This document shows positions 16,736 to 24,873 of a stretch of DNA of 32,000 nucleotides, in pieces (within the stretch, counting starts at the first letter, position 1; each line of letters opens with the position of its first letter). The notes under the pieces were generated by a model. The model was not told where the DNA came from. It saw only the letters and a program-made list of their open reading frames with translations, and ran no database searches. This DNA comes from an uncultured delta proteobacterium (GTDB taxonomy: Bacteria > Desulfobacterota > Syntrophobacteria > Syntrophobacterales > Syntrophobacteraceae). Both the position numbers and the translations under genes were made by a program. Location of the stretch: NCBI GenBank assembly GCA_963822045.1, contig CAWGGE010000001.1, forward strand, positions 5,385,231 to 5,417,230. The letters are read 5' to 3'.

Positions 16736-18928
16736 GTGGTGGGAGAAAGGCAGAATCGGCATGTGCTGGGGACAGTACTCTTCCCGATACTCGGCCTTGC
16801 CCTGATCGTACTCATTTGCATTGCCATATCGCGAGATGAGCATCAGCAGTGGAAGGTCTACCAGAGGGCGTACCTGGAAAATCGTGCAAAAATCCCGGAA
16901 TCCTCGTTAAAGGGCGCTCTCTCCGAAGCGGAGCTGCGAAACTGGGTGGAAGCCGCTCGACAGTTGCCGCTTCAAATAAAGGAAATGAGACCGGCTTTAA
17001 CCGGAAAGATAGAGCGTTGTCTGACCTGCCACGAAGGAATAGAGGAAATCAGTCCGTCGCACCCGGTGGATTCGTTCGGATGCGTGATCTGCCATGGCGG
17101 TGACGGACTTGGGGTTACTGAGGATATCGCACATAGGGGACTCATCGGCGGTCGAAATCCATCCGACCTGGCTGTCATTGATCAGACTTGCGCAAGGCCC
17201 GGGGGGCAATGTCATGCCGGGCGGAAGTTGGAGTCTCAGAACTCCGTTGACAGGGTCCGAAGGGGCGTTATGGCTACGATGAGCGGAGTCATAGCGAGTC
17301 TGAGGTATTCATGGAATGCCCAACCTGCGCCGGAAGCCGGTTACGCATCAGTTGGAGTGAAAGGCCCCGTTAGGAACGGAGGCGAGGAGACCTCGCTGTT
17401 GCCGGTTCCTCTGATGGACCATGTGCGGGGCGCGACACTCAAGGACCAGATGAACCAGTCCCTCACGATCTCAGGGCAGCCCGCCGACGATCAGTGGAGG
17501 AAGTTCTGTGCAAGGTGCCATATTTGGAGCGCGCGCGAGGACGGGCCATCCGCTCACTCGTCGGGTTGCGCCGCCTGCCATGCCTTATACAACCCCAAGG
17601 CCACTTATGAAGGACTTGACCCTACTCTGCCGAAAAACAAGCCGGGTTATGCCCTGCGGCATCAATTGACCACAGCGATACCAGTCGAGCAGTGCTTGCG
17701 CTGTCACAATCGTTCGGGGCGCATAGGACTCTCCTTTACTGGTCTTCAGGAGGCTGACGGCTATGGGACTCCATATCGCGGCGGCCTGGCCAATCTCCGG
17801 CAGCTTTCGGGCGAGAGGGATGTGCGCCACTTAGTTGCGGACATACATTTCGAGAAAGGCCTGGCCTGCACGGATTGCCATACGGGAAACGAAATTATGG
17901 GGGATGGCCATATATGCGGGCACATGCGCGAACAAGTCGAAATCCGTTGCATCGATTGTCATGGCGAACCCGGGCAGCCGCCCAGGACAAAAGTTTTGAC
18001 GCCCCGGGATGAGGAAGCGCTCTGGAAGGCAAGGGCGTTGAGAATGCCTGATATGGTATCCACCGAGGTGGGAATGACGCAACGAGGGACGCCTGTTTTG
18101 AATCTGCGGATGGAGGGCGGCAAGACTATTCTCAGGAGTAAGCTGGATCAAAAGGACCACCTGTGTCCGGTTATCAGCGATGACAAGTATCACCGTATTC
18201 CCGGACATGGACCATCTCGCATGGAATGCTCTACCTGTCACAGCCGCTGGGCCCCCCAGTGCTACGGCTGTCATGACTACCGGCGGCGTGGAGAGAGCAT
18301 GACGGATTCAATGCTCGGGAAGACAACCGATGGAGCGTGGCAGGAGACGAGGGATTTTTACCGTTATGAAAAACCGGCTCTGGGTATCAACTCACGGCAT
18401 CGAGTATCGGTAATTGTGCCTGGCTGTCAGGTCGTCTATACCGAGCTGGACGCTAATGGGAATGCTCTGCCCGGGCTTGAAGACAAAATCTTTACAGGCC
18501 CGGGTTTTACGCATGGCATCGTCTCTACGCCTATTTCGCCCCACACTACACGCACAGAAGTGAGATCATGCGAGGAGTGCCATTCGGATCCAAAGGCGAT
18601 GGGGATAGGGCAGGGGCTTTTTCAGGCCGGAAGGACCTGGGATGAGAATACGTTTACGCCACTGCTGAAGCCCGGGATCAATCCTATGGGATTTGCGTGG
18701 GAAAGCCTTTCAGACTCGCGGGGACTTCCCCTGGCCTCAACGACTCATTCCGGTGCGCGCCCCTTCAACGGAGAGGAGTTGAAACGGATACTCAGGGTGG
18801 CGCCGTGCCTGCCATGCCACGGCCGATATGACGATCCCATATGGACGGATCCAGCAGATCCCTTTGTTCGTGCGAAACTTCCTGCCCACCAGGAGAAGGT
18901 TGCCCGTTTTCTGGAAGGCCCCAAATGA
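16736..18928 (+). CDS. membrane-anchored multiheme cytochrome c (11 CXXCH plus 1 CX6CH)
   Basis: An N-terminal TM helix (LGTVLFPILGLALIVLICIAI) is present. The CXXCH motifs are CLTCH, CVICH, CARCH, CAACH, CLRCH, CTDCH, CIDCH, CSTCH, CYGCH, CEECH and CLPCH, plus CARPGGQCH. It is a paralog of the next gene. The start codon is ambiguous (GTG). Confidence 0.9.
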   Translation: MVGERQNRHVLGTVLFPILGLALIVLICIAISRDEHQQWKVYQRAYLENRAKIPESSLKGALSEAELRNWVEAARQLPLQIKEMRPALTGKIERCLTCHEGIEEISPSHPVDSFGCVICHGGDGLGVTEDIAHRGLIGGRNPSDLAVIDQTCARPGGQCHAGRKLESQNSVDRVRRGVMATMSGVIASLRYSWNAQPAPEAGYASVGVKGPVRNGGEETSLLPVPLMDHVRGATLKDQMNQSLTISGQPADDQWRKFCARCHIWSAREDGPSAHSSGCAACHALYNPKATYEGLDPTLPKNKPGYALRHQLTTAIPVEQCLRCHNRSGRIGLSFTGLQEADGYGTPYRGGLANLRQLSGERDVRHLVADIHFEKGLACTDCHTGNEIMGDGHICGHMREQVEIRCIDCHGEPGQPPRTKVLTPRDEEALWKARALRMPDMVSTEVGMTQRGTPVLNLRMEGGKTILRSKLDQKDHLCPVISDDKYHRIPGHGPSRMECSTCHSRWAPQCYGCHDYRRRGESMTDSMLGKTTDGAWQETRDFYRYEKPALGINSRHRVSVIVPGCQVVYTELDANGNALPGLEDKIFTGPGFTHGIVSTPISPHTTRTEVRSCEECHSDPKAMGIGQGLFQAGRTWDENTFTPLLKPGINPMGFAWESLSDSRGLPLASTTHSGARPFNGEELKRILRVAPCLPCHGRYDDPIWTDPADPFVRAKLPAHQEKVARFLEGPK

Positions 18929-20868
18929 AGCGGCTTTCATTCACTATCCTCACGATTGCTTCTATCCTGTTGCCTGGAGGGGAGTTGGGCTGGGCATCCT
19001 CTTGTTTGAAATGTCATCCTCAAGTCCAGGTGATGTTTCATGCCGCCTCATGTATCGATTGCCATCTTGGCCATGACGATAAGCCCGACAAACCCTCGGC
19101 GCATGAGGGAATGATTGCCAATCCATCCGACTTCACGAATCCTGGTTTTGCTTGCGGCCGTTGTCATGAAGAAGAGACCCGACAGGTAAATCGAACTCTT
19201 ATGGCTACCGCGGCCGGTATTATCAACCAGACGCGGTTTCTGTGGGGAGCGCAGCAGGACGTGCTGGCCCGATATGGGGCCAGAGAGGTCGATGGACTCA
19301 AGGCATTGCCCAGGGGAGATGAATCCGGGTCCCTGGCCGATGATTTGCTGCGCCGCCGATGCCTTCGATGTCATTTGGGGTCGAACGGCGTCATCGGTTC
19401 TGCGGACAACCAGAATGATGATACACCTGCCGGCGCCGGTTGCGCCGCGTGCCACGTCCTGAACCGGACAAACGGGATTTCGCCCAACGAGCAGCTTATC
19501 GGCCCGGGTACACAAGGGTCCACTCAAGCCCACCGGGTGTCCACAGCCATACCGACGTCCCAGTGCCTGAGGTGCCACAATGGAAACCGTGCAGGTGCGG
19601 ACTATGCCGGGCTGTTCGAGCGGGACCACTCTCTTGCCTACAACTTCGAGGCCGTAGATCCTGACGTTGCTCCGCACCTTATGAAGCACGCTTACCATTA
19701 TCTCCTTCCCGATATTCATTATGAACGGGGGATGCATTGCATCGATTGCCATCCGGTAGAAGAACTCATGGGGGAAGGCAAAATCCACTCCCAGTCACAG
19801 GACCAGGTCGGAGTGCGATGCGCGGATTGCCATGGTCTTCCGGGAAAACCGCCAAGGACGCGAGAGGTTCCGGCCTCCGATATTCGGGCTCTAAGGGCCG
19901 CACAGGCTAATGGCCACTACGATCTCCAAGCCGGCCGCAGGGTTATCGAAACCTCCGGGGGACATCTGTTGACGAACACGGCGCAAGAGGACGGCGCTTT
20001 TTTTCTCACATCGAAAGTCGATGGTAAAGTGCACCGGATACCTGTTTTAGGGAGTGAACCCTCCGGGACGGAACCTCTCAATCATCGCATCCCCGGGCAC
20101 CTTGACAGGATGGAATGCAGCGCCTGTCACGCGGCGTGGACCTTCCAGGACTTGGGTCTACATCTGGTGCGGCTGGACTATCCAGATTACGGGCCTTGGG
20201 GTTGGCTGACAACCCAGGGAGATCCTCAAGCCCGGGAGGTGCTGGAAAGTAATTTTCTAAAGCCTCGCGAACAGTGGGTTGCGCCGAGATCACGGGATTG
20301 GCTGACAGGCCGTTCCGAAATTGGAGTCTGGCTTGGGGGCTATTCGATGCGCCGTTGGGAGGGCCGGATTCTGGGAATGGATTCCCGGGGCCTTGTCAGC
20401 GCCATTAGACCTCAATACCAGTACTGGCTCAGTTGGGTTGATGCGCAGGGGAAGACGCTTCTGGATTCAACCATTCCTCGATTGAGCGACGGTCGCGCGG
20501 CGCTGGCATGGAACCCCTATGCTCCTCACACGATAAGGACCCAAACTGTAGATTGCTGGGATTGTCATGGAAATCCACGGGCTATGGGCTTAGGGCCGAC
20601 GGTCGTCCGGGCGAAAGACGGGCGGCGTGCCGGGTTGGGCAGATCACAAGCTGACGGTCTTGGAATCGATTTTGACCTGGATCGGGTAATCGACGACATG
20701 GGGCAGCCTGTTCAGACGTCTTCAGTGGTTGGAGCCGGTTTTTTGAACGCGGCACAACTTGAGAGAATGTCGGCCCATAATCCCATCTATATAAGATACC
20801 TCCTTGAGTTTTTCGAAGGCAAGGAGGCCTATGGAGATCCCGCTGGATTTACAGGCCCCAAAAAGTGA
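18925..20868 (+). CDS. periplasmic multiheme cytochrome c (10 CXXCH), paralog of the upstream gene
   Basis: The likely start is ATG 18925, overlapping the upstream TGA (ATGA); the track ORF starts at 18841. The signal peptide is MKRLSFTILTIASILLPGGELGWASS. The motifs are CLKCH, CIDCH, CGRCH, CLRCH, CAACH, CLRCH, CIDCH, CADCH, CSACH and CWDCH. It shares the blocks AIPxxQCLRCHN and HRIPGHxxxRMECSxCH with the upstream protein. Confidence 0.9.
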   Translation: MKRLSFTILTIASILLPGGELGWASSCLKCHPQVQVMFHAASCIDCHLGHDDKPDKPSAHEGMIANPSDFTNPGFACGRCHEEETRQVNRTLMATAAGIINQTRFLWGAQQDVLARYGAREVDGLKALPRGDESGSLADDLLRRRCLRCHLGSNGVIGSADNQNDDTPAGAGCAACHVLNRTNGISPNEQLIGPGTQGSTQAHRVSTAIPTSQCLRCHNGNRAGADYAGLFERDHSLAYNFEAVDPDVAPHLMKHAYHYLLPDIHYERGMHCIDCHPVEELMGEGKIHSQSQDQVGVRCADCHGLPGKPPRTREVPASDIRALRAAQANGHYDLQAGRRVIETSGGHLLTNTAQEDGAFFLTSKVDGKVHRIPVLGSEPSGTEPLNHRIPGHLDRMECSACHAAWTFQDLGLHLVRLDYPDYGPWGWLTTQGDPQAREVLESNFLKPREQWVAPRSRDWLTGRSEIGVWLGGYSMRRWEGRILGMDSRGLVSAIRPQYQYWLSWVDAQGKTLLDSTIPRLSDGRAALAWNPYAPHTIRTQTVDCWDCHGNPRAMGLGPTVVRAKDGRRAGLGRSQADGLGIDFDLDRVIDDMGQPVQTSSVVGAGFLNAAQLERMSAHNPIYIRYLLEFFEGKEAYGDPAGFTGPKK

Positions 20869-21250
20869 GGAATACAAGGACCGATGCCATGGCGATGAAG
20901 ATTATCTGATGAAAACCGAACTGGTACTGCTTCAAAGGGGCGTGCCCGCCGAAATGCGGAATCCAAGGCAGGCAGGCCACGAATATGAGCGCAGCCACAG
21001 GAAATGCGAACCCGGCGATCAGGGGTGGGAAATGGCGGAGGAGAACCTGGAGCCAAATGATGAGCCAGGGAGCTTTGATCTCGGCGGGTGCCGGGCTACC
21101 CGGCTCCACTGCATTATAACCTGCCGGCATGGCCAGCGCGAGGCCGATGAGTATGAGTGTCAGGATCATAACCGTGAGGAACTCCCTTGCAAGGAGTTCA
21201 CGGCGCACAATGAGCCTGTGATTGTTTTGGGGTTCGGTCATTTGCGTCAA
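20849..21250 (-). CDS. cytochrome b C-terminal / b6f subunit-IV-like membrane protein
   Basis: It has three hydrophobic helices and the motif KAPWLIIWLQVLLRHFPPLIAG. This resembles the PEWYF/KAPWYFLGLQELL signature of the cytochrome b C-terminal domain and PetD. ATG 21241 is an alternative start to TTG 21250. Its 3' end overlaps the cytochrome gene by 20 nt (convergent). Confidence 0.7.
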   Translation of the reverse strand: MTQMTEPQNNHRLIVRRELLAREFLTVMILTLILIGLALAMPAGYNAVEPGSPAPAEIKAPWLIIWLQVLLRHFPPLIAGFAFPVAALIFVACLPWIPHFGGHAPLKQYQFGFHQIIFIAMASVLVFLTFWGL

Positions 21251-21293
21251 GACAATCCTCTGAATTTATATTCCTAACCGGTTGCAGGAGCAT

Positions 21294-21770
21294 ATGTCAA
21301 GGAACCAGGAAGACATGCTTTTCAATTCAACTGTGGGGCGCCGCAGGTTCTTTTCTTATTTTGGATGGGCTCTGGCGGGGCTGGCCTCGGCATCTATGAG
21401 TTGGATCACGTGCAGGTTTCTTGCGGGGGACCAGACACATTCAGGGTTGGAACCGTGCACTTTCGGGCCCCCGGGGGCTTATCCCGTTGGCACGGCCGCA
21501 AAAAAGGGCAGGGTGGTACTCTTTCGGGACAAGGATGGGTTTTGGGCTGTCTCTGATGTTTGTACTCATCTTGGTTGCCGGCCGGCTTTTCTTCAGGAGC
21601 AGAATATTTTCGTATGCCCATGTCATGGCAGCCGGTTTGACAGCGAAGGCCGCCTGCAGGCCGGACCGGCAACTCATGGCATGGCTTTGGCCGCGCTGCG
21701 TCTTGATGCTCAGGGGGCTCTTGTGGCATACCCCAAAGAAAAAGTCCTGCCCGGATACAGGTTTGTGTGA
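21294..21770 (+). CDS. Rieske [2Fe-2S] protein with a twin-arginine signal
   Basis: A TAT motif (GRRRFFSY) is followed by a TM helix. The cluster ligands are CTHLGC and CPCHGS. The RBS AGGAG lies 5 nt before ATG 21294; the track starts at TTG 21282. Confidence 0.9.
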   Translation: MSRNQEDMLFNSTVGRRRFFSYFGWALAGLASASMSWITCRFLAGDQTHSGLEPCTFGPPGAYPVGTAAKKGRVVLFRDKDGFWAVSDVCTHLGCRPAFLQEQNIFVCPCHGSRFDSEGRLQAGPATHGMALAALRLDAQGALVAYPKEKVLPGYRFV

Positions 21771-22396
21771 TGAAGCTGGATAATTTCATAGGGCATATCC
21801 ACCCTGTAAAGATCTCGGAAGAACGAGTCCGCATAGGAACCACGTTTTGCCTTGGCGGGGCAGCCTTTTTCCTGTTCATTGTTTTGGGGATAAGCGGGCT
21901 TCTTCTCGCCGTCTATTATCTTCCAACGGCAGAGGGGGCACGAGCGGGAATTCATGACCTCGACCACGTAATTCCTTTCGGTTGGCTAATGAGGTCTATC
22001 CACTTCTGGGCCGGCCAACTCATGGTTGCCGCATTGGTGCTTCATACCGCCAGGGTTGTTGTTGCTGGCGCGTATATGCCCCCGAAACATCTTAACTGGC
22101 TTGTCGGAATAATCCTGTTCATCCTGACTGCCGGGCTTGATTTTTCGGGTTATGTTTTAAGATGGGATGCGCAGACCTTCTGGGCGGCCCAAGTTGTGTG
22201 TCAACTGCTGGGACAGGTACCCGTTATTGGAGGCGGGCTGCAGCGGGTTTTTGCAGGTGGTTCCGAAATGTCTGAAGTTGGCTTGTTGCGGTTTTATGTG
22301 ATTCACTGCCTGATAGGACCAAGTCTGGCATTGGCTTTCATTATGTATCACTTCTGGCGAGTGAGAAGGGATGGAAGACTTGGCCAACTGCTTTGA
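21770..22396 (+). CDS. cytochrome b6-type (four-helix, N-terminal half) cytochrome b
   Basis: The start overlaps the Rieske stop (TGATG). His pairs lie in helix B (SIHFWAGQLMVAALVLH, 14 apart) and helix D (VIHCLIGPSLALAFIMYH, 15 apart, b6-like). A GYVLRWD motif is present. The protein is 208-209 aa, so the C-terminal domain is encoded separately. Confidence 0.9.
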   Translation: MKLDNFIGHIHPVKISEERVRIGTTFCLGGAAFFLFIVLGISGLLLAVYYLPTAEGARAGIHDLDHVIPFGWLMRSIHFWAGQLMVAALVLHTARVVVAGAYMPPKHLNWLVGIILFILTAGLDFSGYVLRWDAQTFWAAQVVCQLLGQVPVIGGGLQRVFAGGSEMSEVGLLRFYVIHCLIGPSLALAFIMYHFWRVRRDGRLGQLL

Positions 22397-22525
22397 CCGG
22401 GAATTCCATGCCGGGGTTGAGATAGCAAATCTGAGTGAGCGAAGGAATGAGATTTCGATAGAGCGGGAAAGCGGGCAGGTGGGTCGGAAACTGTATGGAA
22501 CGGCCTCCAGCCTTTTGATTCCGGA

Positions 22526-22554
22526 TTGACATCGATCTCTTTGTAAACTAACAT
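22526..22554 (+). promoter_or_regulatory. sigma70-like promoter upstream of the small secreted protein gene
   Basis: TTGACA (22526-22531), a 17-nt spacer, then TAACAT (22549-22554). The RBS AAGGAGAG precedes ATG 22617. Confidence 0.4.
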
Positions 22555-22616
22555 CCATAATTGGCTTTTCCGCAATTGCATTTCTGGTTTACCAACCGTT
22601 TGTCAAGGAGAGACGA

Positions 22617-22865
22617 ATGAATTGCAAGCAGATCGTTCTTATAGGCGTGTGCCTGTTGTTCCTCGTTGGAGTGTCGATGGTTCGCACCGGTGAATGCCAG
22701 GAGACTAAAGGAAATGAAACCACAGCCACGGCCCCTGCTCCGCAGGGTACCGCGCCGGCTAATCCCGCAGCTCCTTCTGATGATAAGGCAAAAGAAAAGG
22801 AAAAAGCCCAGACAGATACATCCGCAAAACCCGCTGAAAAAAAGAGAAGCTACGAGGGGTGCTGA
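22617..22865 (+). CDS. small secreted low-complexity (Ala/Pro/Lys/Thr-rich) protein, 82 aa
   Basis: The signal peptide is MNCKQIVLIGVCLLFLVGVSMV. The mature part is TGECQETKGNETTATAPAPQGTAPANPAAPSDDKAKEKEKAQTDTSAKPAEKKRSYEGC, with Cys near both ends. It has its own promoter-like and terminator elements. Confidence 0.5.
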   Translation: MNCKQIVLIGVCLLFLVGVSMVRTGECQETKGNETTATAPAPQGTAPANPAAPSDDKAKEKEKAQTDTSAKPAEKKRSYEGC

Positions 22866-22940
22866 CATCGTGATTTTGTTTGCCAGCGGATTCTGTGGCC
22901 GAAGAGTATCTTAACAAAGATCCAAAATGCTGCATTGATA

Positions 22941-22971
22941 AGCCTGCCATGTTTCTGTGGCGGGCTTTTTG
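22941..22971 (+). terminator. intrinsic terminator
   Basis: The stem is agcctgcca (22941-22949) pairing with tggcgggct (22958-22966). It has an 8-nt loop and is followed by ttttt. Confidence 0.6.
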
Positions 22972-23250
22972 CTGATTGACAAGATGAATCAACTCTTTTG
23001 ACGCGTTCTCGCCTTTTATCTGACGGGCAATCCCTTCTTTTGCCCATCTCTGCGATCATTTTGACTCTACCTTTGTTTAGAACGGAACTGCCGCCGCTGC
23101 ACCTCGGAGGAGCCGCCAGACATTTGTAGGACTTGACCGGACAGAAAAATAGGAGTCTTACCGACAGATATCGCGGCTTCTCTGACTATACTGACTAAGG
23201 GTAAAATGAGTCCTTCGCCGGCTTTGGGAAAGCGTCCAAAAGGACAAAGA

Positions 23251-23278
23251 TTGACGTCGGATCATGGAATGTTATGAT
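23251..23278 (+). promoter_or_regulatory. sigma70-like promoter upstream of the YedE-TusA-DsrE operon
   Basis: TTGACG (23251-23256), a 16-nt spacer, then TATGAT (23273-23278). It lies about 65 nt upstream of ATG 23342. Confidence 0.4.
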
Positions 23279-23341
23279 TTGCCAAGTCTCTTACCAGGCT
23301 TGTGTTTATGCGGTATTTGAGTTGTATTATACGGGGGTTGT

Positions 23342-24526
23342 ATGAGCAATAATTTTCTGTCGATAAAGCTTAAAGAGGGCTATCGCTTTCTTTTCCACCA
23401 GCAATGGCCGGATATGGTGGGAGGGGTCTTGTTGGGTCTGCTGTCCATTATGATCGTAATGTGGTCCCGCCCCTGGGGCATTGTTGGAGGGATGCGCAAC
23501 TGGGCAGACTGGATTTTCTACGGCGTTGGCATTATTTCGAAAGCCCCGGAGCATCCTCTCTTTTTCTCGTCATCAATCATGGATATCGGCCTCCTGCTGG
23601 GCGCCTTCGCCGCAGCACTGATGGCGAAGGAATTTGCTCTGCGCACCTCTCCCAAGCTCGAGATCATGAAGGGCTTTTGCGGGGGGATACTAATGGGAGT
23701 CGGTTCTTCCCTGGCCATGGGGTGCAACGTCGGGGCCTTCTATAGTACACTGATAAATCTTTCAGCGAACGGCTTTACCATGATGGCGGGATTGATCGTT
23801 GGTGCGTACATCGGACTACGTTATCTTCTCTGGGAACTGGAAAATTTCCCGGCGCCTCCGGCTGCGACGGTCAAGCCTAAGCAGAATGTTAACGCGTTCG
23901 ACTTAAAAGCGGTCCAGCCATATGCGGGAGGCGCAGTACTCCTGGGCATGCTGATTGCTGCCTATATTTACAACCGGTATGATTACACGGAAATTGGTGG
24001 CCTGCTTCTTTTCGGAATGTTTTTCGGGATCGTTCTCCAGCGTTGCCGTTTCTGTTTTGTACGTGCCTTTCGCGACCCCTTCATGACGGGCGACGCTGCA
24101 GTAGTGAAGGCGGTTGTGGTCAGCGTCCTGATCGGAACCGCCGGCGTTGCCATAATGAAGTGGAACGGATTCAGGCCGGCATCTCTTTACGTGGTCCCAA
24201 CCTTCGGATGGGGTTCCCTGCTTGGCGGTATGATTTTTGGAATCGGCATGGTGATAGCGGGCGGATGTGGAAGCGGGACACTCTGGAGGGTAGCCGAGGG
24301 ACACCTCAAACTATGGGTGGCGCTTATTTCATTTGCCTTAACCAACTCGTTGATGAACATATTTTTAGTGGGCACGGGGTTGAAGGCCAAGCTCGGCTTG
24401 GCAGTTTTCCTGCCGGACGTCTTCGGCTGGCAGGGAGCTCTTGGAGTCATCGCTTTGGTTCTATTCCTCTGGTATTTCGTTTTGTCCTGGAATGAGGAAA
24501 CGAACAAATTTACCGTTGGCGTATAA
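23342..24526 (+). CDS. yeeE: YeeE/YedE-family sulfur-compound (thiosulfate-type) transporter
   Basis: A polytopic membrane protein with the family's conserved Cys-containing loops: SLAMGCNVGAF, LQRCRFCFV and IAGGCGSGTLW. Confidence 0.9.
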   Translation: MSNNFLSIKLKEGYRFLFHQQWPDMVGGVLLGLLSIMIVMWSRPWGIVGGMRNWADWIFYGVGIISKAPEHPLFFSSSIMDIGLLLGAFAAALMAKEFALRTSPKLEIMKGFCGGILMGVGSSLAMGCNVGAFYSTLINLSANGFTMMAGLIVGAYIGLRYLLWELENFPAPPAATVKPKQNVNAFDLKAVQPYAGGAVLLGMLIAAYIYNRYDYTEIGGLLLFGMFFGIVLQRCRFCFVRAFRDPFMTGDAAVVKAVVVSVLIGTAGVAIMKWNGFRPASLYVVPTFGWGSLLGGMIFGIGMVIAGGCGSGTLWRVAEGHLKLWVALISFALTNSLMNIFLVGTGLKAKLGLAVFLPDVFGWQGALGVIALVLFLWYFVLSWNEETNKFTVGV

Positions 24527-24587
24527 GTGAAATGAGATCCAGGTTCTTTCAGGCACACTATCCGTCTTATTTTACAGGAGAATTTGC

Positions 24588-24824
24588 ATGGACGATATTA
24601 AACCCAATGAAACCTTGGATGCACGCGGTCTCAGTTGCCCCATGCCTCTTTTGAAGACCAAAAAAGCCATTGAAAAACTTGCTTCCGGTCAAATTCTGGA
24701 GATCTTGGGAACGGACCCCGGGACCGCCAACGACCTTCCGAAATGGGCGAAGCGATCCGGTCACGACTTTCTCGGCGAAAAGGAAGACGAAGGATTCAAC
24801 CGGTACTTTTTACGGAAAAAGTAG
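24588..24824 (+). CDS. tusA: TusA/SirA-family sulfur carrier protein
   Basis: The signature LDARGLSCPMPLLKTKKAI (the CPxP active-site Cys motif) is present in a 78-aa protein. The RBS CAGGAG precedes the start. Confidence 0.9.
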   Translation: MDDIKPNETLDARGLSCPMPLLKTKKAIEKLASGQILEILGTDPGTANDLPKWAKRSGHDFLGEKEDEGFNRYFLRKK

Positions 24825-24873
24825 CTCTGTTGAGGCTTAACCCCTTGGATATCTCTTTAAGCGGGGAGTTATT

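Noticed and set aside
16633-16839. A 68-aa Cys-rich plus-strand ORF upstream of and overlapping the first cytochrome gene
   Set aside because: It is out of frame with the cytochrome gene it overlaps, has no RBS, and its composition is consistent with chance.
19048-19788. A 246-aa minus-strand ORF inside the second multihaem cytochrome gene. Similar long antisense ORFs lie at 15025-15741, 12690-13172, 13452-14182, 17831-18274 and 27330-28073.
   Set aside because: Each is antisense to a frame with strong family motifs (CXXCH series, SSS transporter, rhodanese, pterin-binding, histidine kinase). Their sequences are Arg/Pro/Ser-rich nonsense typical of shadow ORFs.
20804-21277. A 157-aa plus-strand ORF between the cytochrome and Rieske genes
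   Set aside because: It is highly charged and Cys/His-rich nonsense with no signal peptide or motifs. The opposite strand encodes a three-helix membrane protein with the cytochrome b C-terminal KAPW...LQ.LL signature.
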